The translations under genes were made by a program, and so were the position numbers. A DNA stretch of 51,450 nt, from IMG/VR virus record IMGVR_UViG_2617271050_000002. The stretch is one strand, 5' to 3'. Numbering within the stretch: the stretch's first letter is position 1; each line of letters begins with the position of its first letter. Of this stretch, positions 32,111 through 44,543 are shown one piece after another. The DNA comes from a virus. Lineage: Duplodnaviria > Heunggongvirae > Uroviricota > Caudoviricetes. Below the pieces are notes generated by a model. It did no database searches. It was given only the letters and a program-made list of their open reading frames with translations, and was not told where the DNA came from.

Positions 32111-32509
32111 ATGACGAAAGATGAACTGATTGCCCGTCTCCGCTCGCTGGGTGAACAACTGAACCGTGATGTCAGTCTGACGGGGACGAAAGAAGAACTG
32201 GCGCTCCGTGTGGCAGAGCTGGAAGAGGAGCTTGATGACACGGGCGACACTGCCGGTCAGGATACCCCTCTCAGCCCGGAAAATGTGCTGACCGGGCATG
32301 AACATGAGGTGGTATCAGCGCAGCCGGATACCGTGATTCAGGATACGGCTGAACTGGTCACGGTCGTGGCACTGGTGACGCTGCATACTGATGCACTTCA
32401 CGCCACGCGGGATGAACCTGTGGCATTTGTGCTGCCGGGAACGGCGTTCCGTGTCTCTGCCGGTGTGGCAGTTGAAATGACAGAGCGCGGCCTGGCCAGA
32501 ATGCAATAA
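32111..32509 (+). CDS. FI: DNA packaging protein FI
   Basis: 132 aa from the ATG at 32111 (MTKDELIARLRSLGEQL...); the track ORF starts upstream at 32072. Confidence 0.85.
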   Translation: MTKDELIARLRSLGEQLNRDVSLTGTKEELALRVAELEEELDDTGDTAGQDTPLSPENVLTGHEHEVVSAQPDTVIQDTAELVTVVALVTLHTDALHATRDEPVAFVLPGTAFRVSAGVAVEMTERGLARMQ

Positions 32510-32520
32510 CGGGAGGCGCT

Positions 32521-32874
32521 GTGGCTGATTTCGATAACCTGTTCGATGCTGCCATTGCCCGCGCCGATGAAACGATACGCGGGTACATGGGAACGTCAGC
32601 CACCATGACATCCGGTGAGCAGTCCGGCGCAGTAATACGTGGTGTTTTTGATGACCCTGAAAATATCAGCTATGCCGGACAGGGCGTGCGCGTTGAAGGC
32701 TCCAGCCCGTCCCTGTTTGTCCGGACTGATGATGTGCGGCAACTGCGGCGTGGAGACACGCTGACCATCGGTGAGGAAAACTTCTGGATAGATCGTGTTT
32801 CGCCGGATGATGGCGGAAGCTGTCATCTCTGGCTTGGACGGGGCGTACCGCCTGCCGTTAACCGTCGCCGCTGA
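32521..32874 (+). CDS. FII: Head-tail connector protein FII
   Basis: 117 aa, GTG start; MADFDNLFDAAIARADE... as in lambda FII. Confidence 0.85.
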   Translation: MADFDNLFDAAIARADETIRGYMGTSATMTSGEQSGAVIRGVFDDPENISYAGQGVRVEGSSPSLFVRTDDVRQLRRGDTLTIGEENFWIDRVSPDDGGSCHLWLGRGVPPAVNRRR

Positions 32875-32885
32875 AAGGGGGATGT

Positions 32886-33464
32886 ATGGCCATAAAAGGT
32901 CTTGAGCAGGCCGTTGAAAACCTCAGCCGTATCAGCAAAACGGCGGTGCCTGGTGCCGCCGCAATGGCCATTAACCGCGTTGCTTCATCCGCGATATCGC
33001 AGTCGGCGTCACAGGTTGCCCGTGAGACAAAGGTACGCCGGAAACTGGTAAAGGAAAGGGCCAGGCTGAAAAGGGCCACGGTTAAAAATCCGCAGGCCAG
33101 AATCAAGGTTAACCGGGGGGATTTGCCCGTAATAAAGCTGGGTAACGCGCGGATTGTCCTGTCCCGACGCAGGCGTCGTAAAAAGGGGCAGCGTTCAGCC
33201 CTGAAAGGTGGCGGCAGCGTGCTTGTGGTGGGAAACCGTCGTATTCCCGGCGCGTTTATTCAGCAACTGAAAAATGGCCGCTGGCATGTTATGCAGCGTG
33301 TGGCCGGGAAAAACCGTTACCCCATTGATGTGGTGAAAATCCCGATGGCGGTGCCACTGACCACGGCGTTTAAACAGAATATTGAACGGATACGGCGTGA
33401 GCGTCTTCCGAAAGAGCTGGGCTATGCGCTGCAGCATCAACTGAGAATGGTAATAAAGCGATGA
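32886..33464 (+). CDS. Z: Tail completion protein Z
   Basis: 192 aa; lambda gpZ-like. Confidence 0.9.
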   Translation: MAIKGLEQAVENLSRISKTAVPGAAAMAINRVASSAISQSASQVARETKVRRKLVKERARLKRATVKNPQARIKVNRGDLPVIKLGNARIVLSRRRRRKKGQRSALKGGGSVLVVGNRRIPGAFIQQLKNGRWHVMQRVAGKNRYPIDVVKIPMAVPLTTAFKQNIERIRRERLPKELGYALQHQLRMVIKR

Positions 33465-33856
33465 AACATACTGAACTCCGTGCAGCCGTACTGGATGCAC
33501 TGGAGAAGCATGACACCGGGGCGACGCTTTTTGATGGTCGCCCCGCTGTTTTTGATGAGGCGGATTTTCCGGCAATTGCCGTTTATCTCACCGGCGCTGA
33601 ATACACGGGCGAAGAGCTGGACAGCGATACCTGGCAGGCGGAGCTGCATATTGAAGTTTTCCTGCCTGCTCAGGTGCCGGATTCAGAGCTGGATTCGTGG
33701 ATGGAGTCCCGGATTTATCCGGTGATGAGCGATATTCCGGCACTGTCAGATTTGATCACCAGTATGGTGGCCAGTGGCTATGACTACCGACGCGACGATG
33801 ATGCGGGCCTGTGGAGTTCAGCCGATCTGACGTATGTCATTACCTATGAAATGTGA
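33461..33856 (+). CDS. U: Tail terminator protein U
   Basis: 131 aa; lambda gpU-like. Confidence 0.9.
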   Translation: MKHTELRAAVLDALEKHDTGATLFDGRPAVFDEADFPAIAVYLTGAEYTGEELDSDTWQAELHIEVFLPAQVPDSELDSWMESRIYPVMSDIPALSDLITSMVASGYDYRRDDDAGLWSSADLTYVITYEM

Positions 33857-33863
33857 GGACGAT

Positions 33864-34604
33864 ATGCCTGTACCAAATCCTACAATGCCGGTGAAAGGGG
33901 CCGGGACCACACTGTGGGTTTATAAGGGGAACGGTGACCCTTATGCGAACCCGCTTTCAGACGTTGACTGGTCGCGTCTGGCAAAAGTTAAAGACCTGAC
34001 GCCCGGCGAACTGACCGCTGAGTCCTATGACGACAGTTATCTCGATGATGAGGATGCGGACTGGACTGCGACCGGGCAGGGGCAGAAATCAGCCGGAGAT
34101 ACCAGCTTCACGCTGGCGTGGATGCCCGGAGAGCAGGGGCAGCAGGCGCTGCTGGCGTGGTTTAATGAAGGTGATACCCGTGCCTATAAAATCCGCTTCC
34201 CGAACGGCACGGTCGATGTGTTCCGTGGCTGGGTCAGCAGTATCGGTAAAGCGGTGACGGCGAAGGAAGTGATCACCCGCACGGTGAAGGTCACCAATGT
34301 GGGACGCCCGTCGATGGCAGAAGATCGCAGCACGGTAACAGCGGCCACCGGCATGACGGTAACGCCAGCCAGTGCTTCCGTAGTGAAAGGGCAGAGCACG
34401 ACGCTGACCGTGGCATTCCAGCCGGAAGGCGCAACCGACAAGAGCTTCCGTGCGGTGTCAGCGGATAAAACAAAAGCCACCGTGTCGGTCAGTGGTATGA
34501 CCATCACCGTGAACGGCGTTGCTGCAGGCAAGGTCAACATTCCGGTTGTATCCGGTAATGGTGAGTTTGCTGCGGTTGCAGAAATCACCGTCACCGCCAG
34601 TTAA
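33864..34604 (+). CDS. V: Major tail protein V (with C-terminal Ig-like domain)
   Basis: 246 aa from the ATG at 33864 ([16 protein letters not shown]...). Confidence 0.9.
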   Translation: MPVPNPTMPVKGAGTTLWVYKGNGDPYANPLSDVDWSRLAKVKDLTPGELTAESYDDSYLDDEDADWTATGQGQKSAGDTSFTLAWMPGEQGQQALLAWFNEGDTRAYKIRFPNGTVDVFRGWVSSIGKAVTAKEVITRTVKVTNVGRPSMAEDRSTVTAATGMTVTPASASVVKGQSTTLTVAFQPEGATDKSFRAVSADKTKATVSVSGMTITVNGVAAGKVNIPVVSGNGEFAAVAEITVTAS

Positions 34605-34619
34605 TCCGGAGAGTCAGCG

Positions 34620-35042
34620 ATGTTCCTGAAAACAGAATCATTTGAACATAACGGCGTGACCGTCACGCTTTCTGAACTGTCAGCCCTGCAGCGTATTGAG
34701 CATCTCGCCCTGATGAAACGGCAGGCAGAACAGGCGGAGTCAGACAGCAACCGGAAGTTTACTGTGGAAGACGCCATCAGAACCGGTGCTTTTGTGGTGG
34801 CGATGTCCCTGTGGCATAACCATCCGCAGAAGACAAAGCTGCCTTCCATGAATGAAGCCGTTAAACAGATTGAGCAGGAAGTGCTTACCACCTGGCCTAC
34901 AGAGGCAATTTCTCATGCTGAAAACGTGGTGTACCGGCTGTCCGGTATGTATGAGTTTGTGGTGAATAATGCCCCTGAACAGGCAGATGACGCCGGGCCT
35001 GCAGAGCCTGTTTCTGCGGGAAAGTGTTCGACGGTGAGCTGA
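34620..35042 (+). CDS. G: Tail assembly chaperone G
   Basis: 140 aa; lambda gpG-like; contains the frameshift slippery site near its 3' end. Confidence 0.9.
   Translation: MFLKTESFEHNGVTVTLSELSALQRIEHLALMKRQAEQAESDSNRKFTVEDAIRTGAFVVAMSLWHNHPQKTKLPSMNEAVKQIEQEVLTTWPTEAISHAENVVYRLSGMYEFVVNNAPEQADDAGPAEPVSAGKCSTVS
35018..35024 (+). other. Programmed -1 ribosomal frameshift slippery heptamer GGGAAAG (G to G-T)
   Basis: Heptamer sits at the 3' end of G, in the G/T overlap, as in lambda. Confidence 0.7.
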
Positions 35043-35458
35043 GTTTTGCCCTGAAACTGGCGCGTGAGATGGGGCGACCCGACTGGCGCGCCATGCTTGC
35101 CGGGATGTCATCCACAGAGTATGCCGACTGGCACCGCTTTTACAGTACCCATTATTTTCATGATGTTCTGCTGGATATGCACTTTTCCGGGCTGACGTAC
35201 ACCGTGCTCAGCCTGTTTTTCAGCGATCCGGATATGCATCCGCTGGATTTCAGTCTGCTGAACCGGCGTGAGGCTGACGAAGAGCCTGAAGATGATGTGC
35301 TGATGCAGAAAGCGGCAGGGCTTGCCGGAGGCGTCCGCTTTGCCCCGGACGGAAATGAAGTTATCCCCGCTTCCCCGGATATGGCGGGCATGACGGAGGA
35401 TGACGTAATGCTGATGACAGTATCAGAAGGGATCGCAGGAGGAGTCCGGTATGGCTGA
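35024..35458 (+). CDS. T: Tail assembly protein T (made as G-T fusion by -1 frameshift)
   Basis: 144-aa ORF in the -1 frame overlapping the 3' end of G. Confidence 0.85.
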   Translation: MFDGELSFALKLAREMGRPDWRAMLAGMSSTEYADWHRFYSTHYFHDVLLDMHFSGLTYTVLSLFFSDPDMHPLDFSLLNRREADEEPEDDVLMQKAAGLAGGVRFAPDGNEVIPASPDMAGMTEDDVMLMTVSEGIAGGVRYG

Positions 35459-38012
35459 ACCGGTAGGCGATCTGGTCGTTGATTTAAGTCTGGATGCGGC
35501 CAGATTTGACGAGCAGATGGCCAGAGTCAGGCGTCATTTTTCCGGTACGGAAAGTGATGCGAAAAAAACAGCGGCAGTCGTTGAACAGTCGCTGAGCCGA
35601 CAGGCTCTGGCTGCACAGAAAGCGGGGATTTCCGTCGGGCAGTATAAAGCTGCCATGCGTATGCTGCCTGCGCAGTTCACTGACGTGGCCACGCAGCTTG
35701 CAGGCGGGCAAAGTCCGTGGCTGATCCTGCTGCAACAGGGTGGTCAGGTGAAGGACTCCTTCGGCGGGATGATCCCCATGTTCAGGGGGCTTGCCGGTGC
35801 GATCACCCTGCCGATGGTGGGGGCCACCTCGCTGGCGGTGGCGACCGGTGCGCTGGCGTATGCCTGGTATCAGGGCAACTCAACCCTGTCCGATTTCAAC
35901 AAAACGCTGGTCCTTTCCGGCAATCAGGCGGGACTGACGGCAGATCGTATTCTGGCCCTGTCCAGAGCCGGGCAGGCGGCAGGGCTGACGTTTAACCAGA
36001 CCAGCGAGTCACTCAGCGCACTGGTTAAGGCGGGGGTAAGCGGTGAGGCTCAGATTGCGTCCATCAGCCAGAGTGTGGCGCGTTTCTCCTCTGCATCCGG
36101 CGTGGAGGTGGACAAGGTCGCTGAAGCCTTCGGGAAGCTGACCACAGACCCGACGTCGGGGCTGACGGCGATGGCACGCCAGTTCCATAACGTGACGGCG
36201 GAGCAGATTGCGTATGTTGCTCAGTTGCAGCGTTCCGGCGATGAAGCCGGGGCATTGCAGGCGGCGAACGAGGCCGCAACGAAAGGGTTTGATGACCAGA
36301 CCCGCCGCCTGAAAGAGAACATGGGCACGCTGGAGACCTGGGCAGACAGGACAGCACGGGCATTCAAATCCATGTGGGATGCGGTGCTGGATATTGGTCG
36401 TCCTGATACCGCGCAGGAGATGCTGATTAAGGCAGAGGCTGCGTTTAAGAAAGCAGACGACATCTGGAATCTGCGCAAGGATGATTATTTTGTTAACGAT
36501 GAAGCGCGGGCGCGTTACTGGGATGATCGTGAAAAGGCCCGTCTTGCGCTTGAAGCCGCCCGAAAGAAGGCTGAGCAGCAGACTCAACAGGACAAAAATG
36601 CGCAGCAGCAGAGCGATACCGAAGCGTCACGGCTGAAATATACCGAAGAGGCGCAGAAGGCTTACGAACGGCTGCAGACGCCGCTGGAGAAATATACCGC
36701 CCGTCAGGAAGAACTGAACAAGGCACTGAAAGACGGGAAAATCCTGCAGGCGGATTACAACACGCTGATGGCGGCGGCGAAAAAGGATTATGAAGCGACG
36801 CTGAAAAAGCCGAAACAGTCCGGCGTGAAGGTGTCTGCGGGCGATCGTCAGGAAGACAGTGCTCATGCTGCCCTGCTGACGCTTCAGGCAGAACTCCGGA
36901 CGCTGGAGAAGCATGCCGGAGCAAATGAGAAAATCAGCCAGCAGCGCCGGGATTTGTGGAAGGCGGAGAGTCAGTTCGCGGTACTGGAGGAGGCGGCGCA
37001 ACGTCGCCAGCTGTCTGCACAGGAGAAATCCCTGCTGGCGCATAAAGATGAGACGCTGGAGTACAAACGCCAGCTGGCTGCACTTGGCGACAAGGTTACG
37101 TATCAGGAGCGCCTGAACGCGCTGGCGCAGCAGGCGGATAAATTCGCACAGCAGCAACGGGCAAAACGGGCCGCCATTGATGCGAAAAGCCGGGGGCTGA
37201 CTGACCGGCAGGCAGAACGGGAAGCCACGGAACAGCGCCTGAAGGAACAGTATGGCGATAATCCGCTGGCGCTGAATAACGTCATGTCAGAGCAGAAAAA
37301 GACCTGGGCGGCTGAAGACCAGCTTCGCGGGAACTGGATGGCAGGCCTGAAGTCCGGCTGGAGTGAGTGGGAAGAGAGCGCCACGGACAGTATGTCGCAG
37401 GTAAAAAGTGCAGCCACGCAGACCTTTGATGGTATTGCACAGAATATGGCGGCGATGCTGACCGGCAGTGAGCAGAACTGGCGCAGCTTCACCCGTTCCG
37501 TGCTGTCCATGATGACAGAAATTCTGCTTAAGCAGGCAATGGTGGGGATTGTCGGGAGTATCGGCAGCGCCATTGGCGGGGCTGTTGGTGGCGGCGCATC
37601 CGCGTCAGGCGGTACAGCCATTCAGGCCGCTGCGGCGAAATTCCATTTTGCAACCGGAGGATTTACGGGAACCGGCGGCAAATATGAGCCAGCGGGGATT
37701 GTTCACCGTGGTGAGTTTGTCTTCACGAAGGAGGCAACCAGCCGGATTGGCGTGGGGAATCTTTACCGGCTGATGCGCGGCTATGCCACCGGCGGTTATG
37801 TCGGTACACCGGGCAGCATGGCAGACAGCCGGTCGCAGGCGTCCGGGACGTTTGAGCAGAATAACCATGTGGTGATTAACAACGACGGCACGAACGGGCA
37901 GATAGGTCCGGCTGCTCTGAAGGCGGTGTATGACATGGCCCGCAAGGGTGCCCGTGATGAAATTCAGACACAGATGCGTGATGGTGGCCTGTTCTCCGGA
38001 GGTGGACGATGA
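35451..38012 (+). CDS. H: Tail tape measure protein H
   Basis: 853 aa, coiled-coil-rich; lambda gpH-like. Confidence 0.95.
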   Translation: MAEPVGDLVVDLSLDAARFDEQMARVRRHFSGTESDAKKTAAVVEQSLSRQALAAQKAGISVGQYKAAMRMLPAQFTDVATQLAGGQSPWLILLQQGGQVKDSFGGMIPMFRGLAGAITLPMVGATSLAVATGALAYAWYQGNSTLSDFNKTLVLSGNQAGLTADRILALSRAGQAAGLTFNQTSESLSALVKAGVSGEAQIASISQSVARFSSASGVEVDKVAEAFGKLTTDPTSGLTAMARQFHNVTAEQIAYVAQLQRSGDEAGALQAANEAATKGFDDQTRRLKENMGTLETWADRTARAFKSMWDAVLDIGRPDTAQEMLIKAEAAFKKADDIWNLRKDDYFVNDEARARYWDDREKARLALEAARKKAEQQTQQDKNAQQQSDTEASRLKYTEEAQKAYERLQTPLEKYTARQEELNKALKDGKILQADYNTLMAAAKKDYEATLKKPKQSGVKVSAGDRQEDSAHAALLTLQAELRTLEKHAGANEKISQQRRDLWKAESQFAVLEEAAQRRQLSAQEKSLLAHKDETLEYKRQLAALGDKVTYQERLNALAQQADKFAQQQRAKRAAIDAKSRGLTDRQAEREATEQRLKEQYGDNPLALNNVMSEQKKTWAAEDQLRGNWMAGLKSGWSEWEESATDSMSQVKSAATQTFDGIAQNMAAMLTGSEQNWRSFTRSVLSMMTEILLKQAMVGIVGSIGSAIGGAVGGGASASGGTAIQAAAAKFHFATGGFTGTGGKYEPAGIVHRGEFVFTKEATSRIGVGNLYRLMRGYATGGYVGTPGSMADSRSQASGTFEQNNHVVINNDGTNGQIGPAALKAVYDMARKGARDEIQTQMRDGGLFSGGGR

Positions 38013-38338
38013 AGACCTTCCGCTGGAAAGTGAAACCCGGTATGGATGTGGCTTCGATCCCTTCTGTAAGAAAGGTGCGCTTTGGTGATGGCTATTCTCA
38101 GCGAGCGCCTGCCGGGCTGAATGCCAACCTGAAAACGTACAGCGTGACGCTTTCTGTCCCCCGTGAGGAGGCCACGGTACTGGAGTCGTTTCTGGAAGAG
38201 CACGGGGGCTGGAAATCCTTTCTGTGGACGCCGCCTTATGAGTGGCGGCAGATAAAGGTGACCTGCGCAAAATGGTCGTCGCGGGTCAGTATGCTGCGTG
38301 TTGAGTTCAGCGCAGAGTTTGAACAGGTGGTGAACTGA
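38009..38338 (+). CDS. M: Minor tail protein M
   Basis: 109 aa; lambda gpM-like. Confidence 0.9.
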   Translation: MKTFRWKVKPGMDVASIPSVRKVRFGDGYSQRAPAGLNANLKTYSVTLSVPREEATVLESFLEEHGGWKSFLWTPPYEWRQIKVTCAKWSSRVSMLRVEFSAEFEQVVN

Positions 38339-39036
38339 TGCAGGATATCCGGCAGGAAACACTGAATGAATGCACCCGTGCGGAGCAGTCGGCCAGCGTG
38401 GTGCTCTGGGAAATCGACCTGACAGAGGTCGGTGGAGAACGTTATTTTTTCTGTAATGAGCAGAACGAAAAAGGTGAGCCGGTCACCTGGCAGGGGCGAC
38501 AGTATCAGCCGTATCCCATTCAGGGGAGCGGTTTTGAACTGAATGGCAAAGGCACCAGTACGCGCCCCACGCTGACGGTTTCTAACCTGTACGGTATGGT
38601 CACCGGGATGGCGGAAGATATGCAGAGTCTGGTCGGCGGAACGGTGGTCCGGCGTAAGGTTTACGCCCGTTTTCTGGATGCGGTGAACTTCGTCAACGGA
38701 AACAGTTACGCCGATCCGGAGCAGGAGGTGATCAGCCGCTGGCGCATTGAGCAGTGCAGCGAACTGAGCGCGGTGAGTGCCTCCTTTGTACTGTCCACGC
38801 CGACGGAAACGGATGGCGCTGTTTTTCCGGGACGTATCATGCTGGCCAACACCTGCACCTGGACCTATCGCGGTGACGAGTGCGGTTATAGCGGTCCGGC
38901 TGTCGCGGATGAATATGACCAGCCAACGTCCGATATCACGAAGGATAAATGCAGCAAATGCCTGAGCGGTTGTAAGTTCCGCAATAACGTCGGCAACTTT
39001 GGCGGCTTCCTTTCCATTAACAAACTTTCGCAGTAA
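38338..39036 (+). CDS. L: Minor tail protein L
   Basis: 232 aa; lambda gpL-like with C-terminal Cys cluster. Confidence 0.9.
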   Translation: MQDIRQETLNECTRAEQSASVVLWEIDLTEVGGERYFFCNEQNEKGEPVTWQGRQYQPYPIQGSGFELNGKGTSTRPTLTVSNLYGMVTGMAEDMQSLVGGTVVRRKVYARFLDAVNFVNGNSYADPEQEVISRWRIEQCSELSAVSASFVLSTPTETDGAVFPGRIMLANTCTWTYRGDECGYSGPAVADEYDQPTSDITKDKCSKCLSGCKFRNNVGNFGGFLSINKLSQ

Positions 39037-39041
39037 ATCCC

Positions 39042-39785
39042 ATGACACAGACAGAATCAGCGATTCTGGCGCACGCCCGGCGATGTGCGCCAGCGGAGTC
39101 GTGCGGCTTCGTGGTAAGCACGCCGGAGGGGGAAAGATATTTCCCCTGCGTGAATATCTCCGGTGAGCCGGAGGCGTATTTCCGTATGTCGCCGGAAGAC
39201 TGGCTGCAGGCAGAAATGCAGGGTGAGATTGTGGCGCTGGTCCACAGCCACCCCGGTGGTCTGCCCTGGCTGAGTGAGGCCGACCGGCGGCTGCAGGTGC
39301 AGAGTGATTTGCCGTGGTGGCTGGTCTGCCGGGGGACGATTCATAAGTTCCGCTGTGTGCCGCATCTCACCGGGCGGCGCTTTGAGCACGGTGTGACGGA
39401 CTGTTACACACTGTTCCGGGATGCTTATCATCTGGCGGGGATTGAGATGCCGGACTTTCATCGTGAGGATGACTGGTGGCGTAACGGCCAGAATCTCTAT
39501 CTGGATAATCTGGAGGCGACGGGGCTGTATCAGGTGCCGTTGTCAGCGGCACAGCCGGGCGATGTGCTGCTGTGCTGTTTTGGTTCATCGGTGCCGAATC
39601 ACGCCGCAATTTACTGCGGCGACGGCGAGCTGCTGCACCATATTCCTGAACAACTGAGCAAACGAGAGAGGTACACCGACAAATGGCAGCGACGCACACA
39701 CTCCCTCTGGCGTCACCGGGCATGGCGCGCATCTGCCTTTACGGGGATTTACAACGATTTGGTCGCCGCATCGACCTTCGTGTGA
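39042..39785 (+). CDS. K: Tail tip assembly protein K (JAB/MPN plus NlpC/P60-like)
   Basis: 247-aa ORF; contains HSHP (JAB-like) and Cys/His peptidase-like motifs. The classical 199-aa lambda K corresponds to the internal ATG at 39186. Confidence 0.85.
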   Translation: MTQTESAILAHARRCAPAESCGFVVSTPEGERYFPCVNISGEPEAYFRMSPEDWLQAEMQGEIVALVHSHPGGLPWLSEADRRLQVQSDLPWWLVCRGTIHKFRCVPHLTGRRFEHGVTDCYTLFRDAYHLAGIEMPDFHREDDWWRNGQNLYLDNLEATGLYQVPLSAAQPGDVLLCCFGSSVPNHAAIYCGDGELLHHIPEQLSKRERYTDKWQRRTHSLWRHRAWRASAFTGIYNDLVAASTFV

Positions 39786-40354
39786 AAACGGGGGCTGAAG
39801 CCATCCGGGCACTGGCCACACAGCTCCCGGCGTTTCGTCAGAAACTGAGCGACGGCTGGTATCAGGTACGGATTGCCGGGCGGGACGTCAGCACGTCCGG
39901 GTTAACGGCGCAGTTACATGAGACTCTGCCTGATGGCGCTGTGATTCATATTGTTCCCAGAGTCGCCGGGGCCAAGTCAGGTGGCGTAATCCAGATTGTC
40001 CTGGGGGCTGCCGCCATTGCCGGATCATTCTTTACCGCCGGAGCCACCCTTGCAGCATGGGGGGCAGCCATTGGGGCCGGTGGTATGACCGGCATCCTGT
40101 TTTCTCTCGGTGCCAGTATGGTGTTCGGTGGTGTGGCGCAGATGCTGGCACCGAAAGCCAGAACTCCCCGTACACAGACAACGGATAACGGTAAGCAGAA
40201 CACCTATTTCTCCTCACTGGATAACATGGTTGCCCAGGGCAATGTTCTGCCTGTTCTGTACGGGGAAATGCGCGTGGGGTCACGCGTGGTTTCTCAGGAG
40301 ATCAGCACGGCAGACGAAGGGGACGGTGGTCAGGTTGTGGTGATTGGTCGCTGA
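39683..40354 (+). CDS. I: Tail tip assembly protein I
   Basis: 223 aa (MAATHTLPLASPGMARICLYGDLQRF...); overlaps the K 3' end as in lambda. Confidence 0.9.
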   Translation: MAATHTLPLASPGMARICLYGDLQRFGRRIDLRVKTGAEAIRALATQLPAFRQKLSDGWYQVRIAGRDVSTSGLTAQLHETLPDGAVIHIVPRVAGAKSGGVIQIVLGAAAIAGSFFTAGATLAAWGAAIGAGGMTGILFSLGASMVFGGVAQMLAPKARTPRTQTTDNGKQNTYFSSLDNMVAQGNVLPVLYGEMRVGSRVVSQEISTADEGDGGQVVVIGR

Positions 40355-40411
40355 TGCAAAATGTTTTATGTGAAACCGCCTGCGGGCGGTTTTGTCATTT
40401 ATGGAGCGTGA

Positions 40412-43813
<3,402 letters not shown>

Positions 43814-43831
43814 ATTTTATAACCCAGAACG

Positions 43832-43856
43832 GGCGTCAGAAATGACGCCTTTTTTA
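43832..43856 (+). terminator. Intrinsic terminator after J
   Basis: GGCGTCA-GAAA-TGACGCC hairpin followed by TTTTTT. Confidence 0.5.
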
Positions 43857-43879
43857 TTGCAGAAAAGCGAGAGGTAATT

Positions 43880-44479
43880 ATGCGTAAACTTTATGCCGCC
43901 ATTTTGTCCGCAGCCATTTGTCTGGCCGTATCCGGTGCGCCTGCATGGGCGTCTGAACATCAGTCCACGCTGAGCGCGGGGTATCTTCATGCCTCGACAA
44001 ACGTTCCCGGCAGCGATGATCTGAACGGGATTAACGTGAAATACCGTTATGAGTTTACGGACACACTGGGGCTGGTGACGTCATTCAGCTATGCAGGAGA
44101 CAAGAATCGCCAGCTTACCCGTTACAGCGATACCCGCTGGCATGAAGATTCCGTGCGTAACCGCTGGTTCAGCGTGATGGCGGGGCCGTCTGTGCGCGTG
44201 AATGAATGGTTCAGCGCGTATGCGATGGCGGGTATGGCTTACAGCCGTGTGTCGACTTTCTCCGGGGATTATCTCCGCGTAACTGACAACAAGGGGAAAA
44301 CGCACGACGTGCTGACCGGAAGTGATGACGGTCGCCACAGCAACACGTCTCTGGCGTGGGGAGCTGGCGTGCAGTTTAACCCGACCGAATCCGTGGCCAT
44401 TGATGTCGCTTATGAAGGCTCCGGCAGTGGTGACTGGCGCACTGACGGGTTCATCGTGGGTGTTGGTTATAAATTCTGA
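43880..44479 (+). CDS. lom: Outer membrane protein Lom (Ail/Lom family)
   Basis: 199 aa with signal peptide and beta-barrel-type C-terminal F (…GVGYKF). Confidence 0.85.
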
Positions 44480-44505
44480 TTAGCCAGGTAACACAGTGTT
44501 ATGAC

Positions 44506-44534
44506 AGCCCGCCGGTTCAGGCGGGCTTTTTTGT
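44506..44534 (+). terminator. Intrinsic terminator after lom
   Basis: AGCCCGCC-GGTTCA-GGCGGGCT hairpin followed by TTTTTT. Confidence 0.55.
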
Positions 44535-44543
44535 GGGGTGAAT

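Noticed and set aside
36009-38362. Several 130-220-aa minus-strand ORFs
   Set aside because: All antisense to tape measure gene H and to M; typical shadow ORFs in GC-rich coding DNA.
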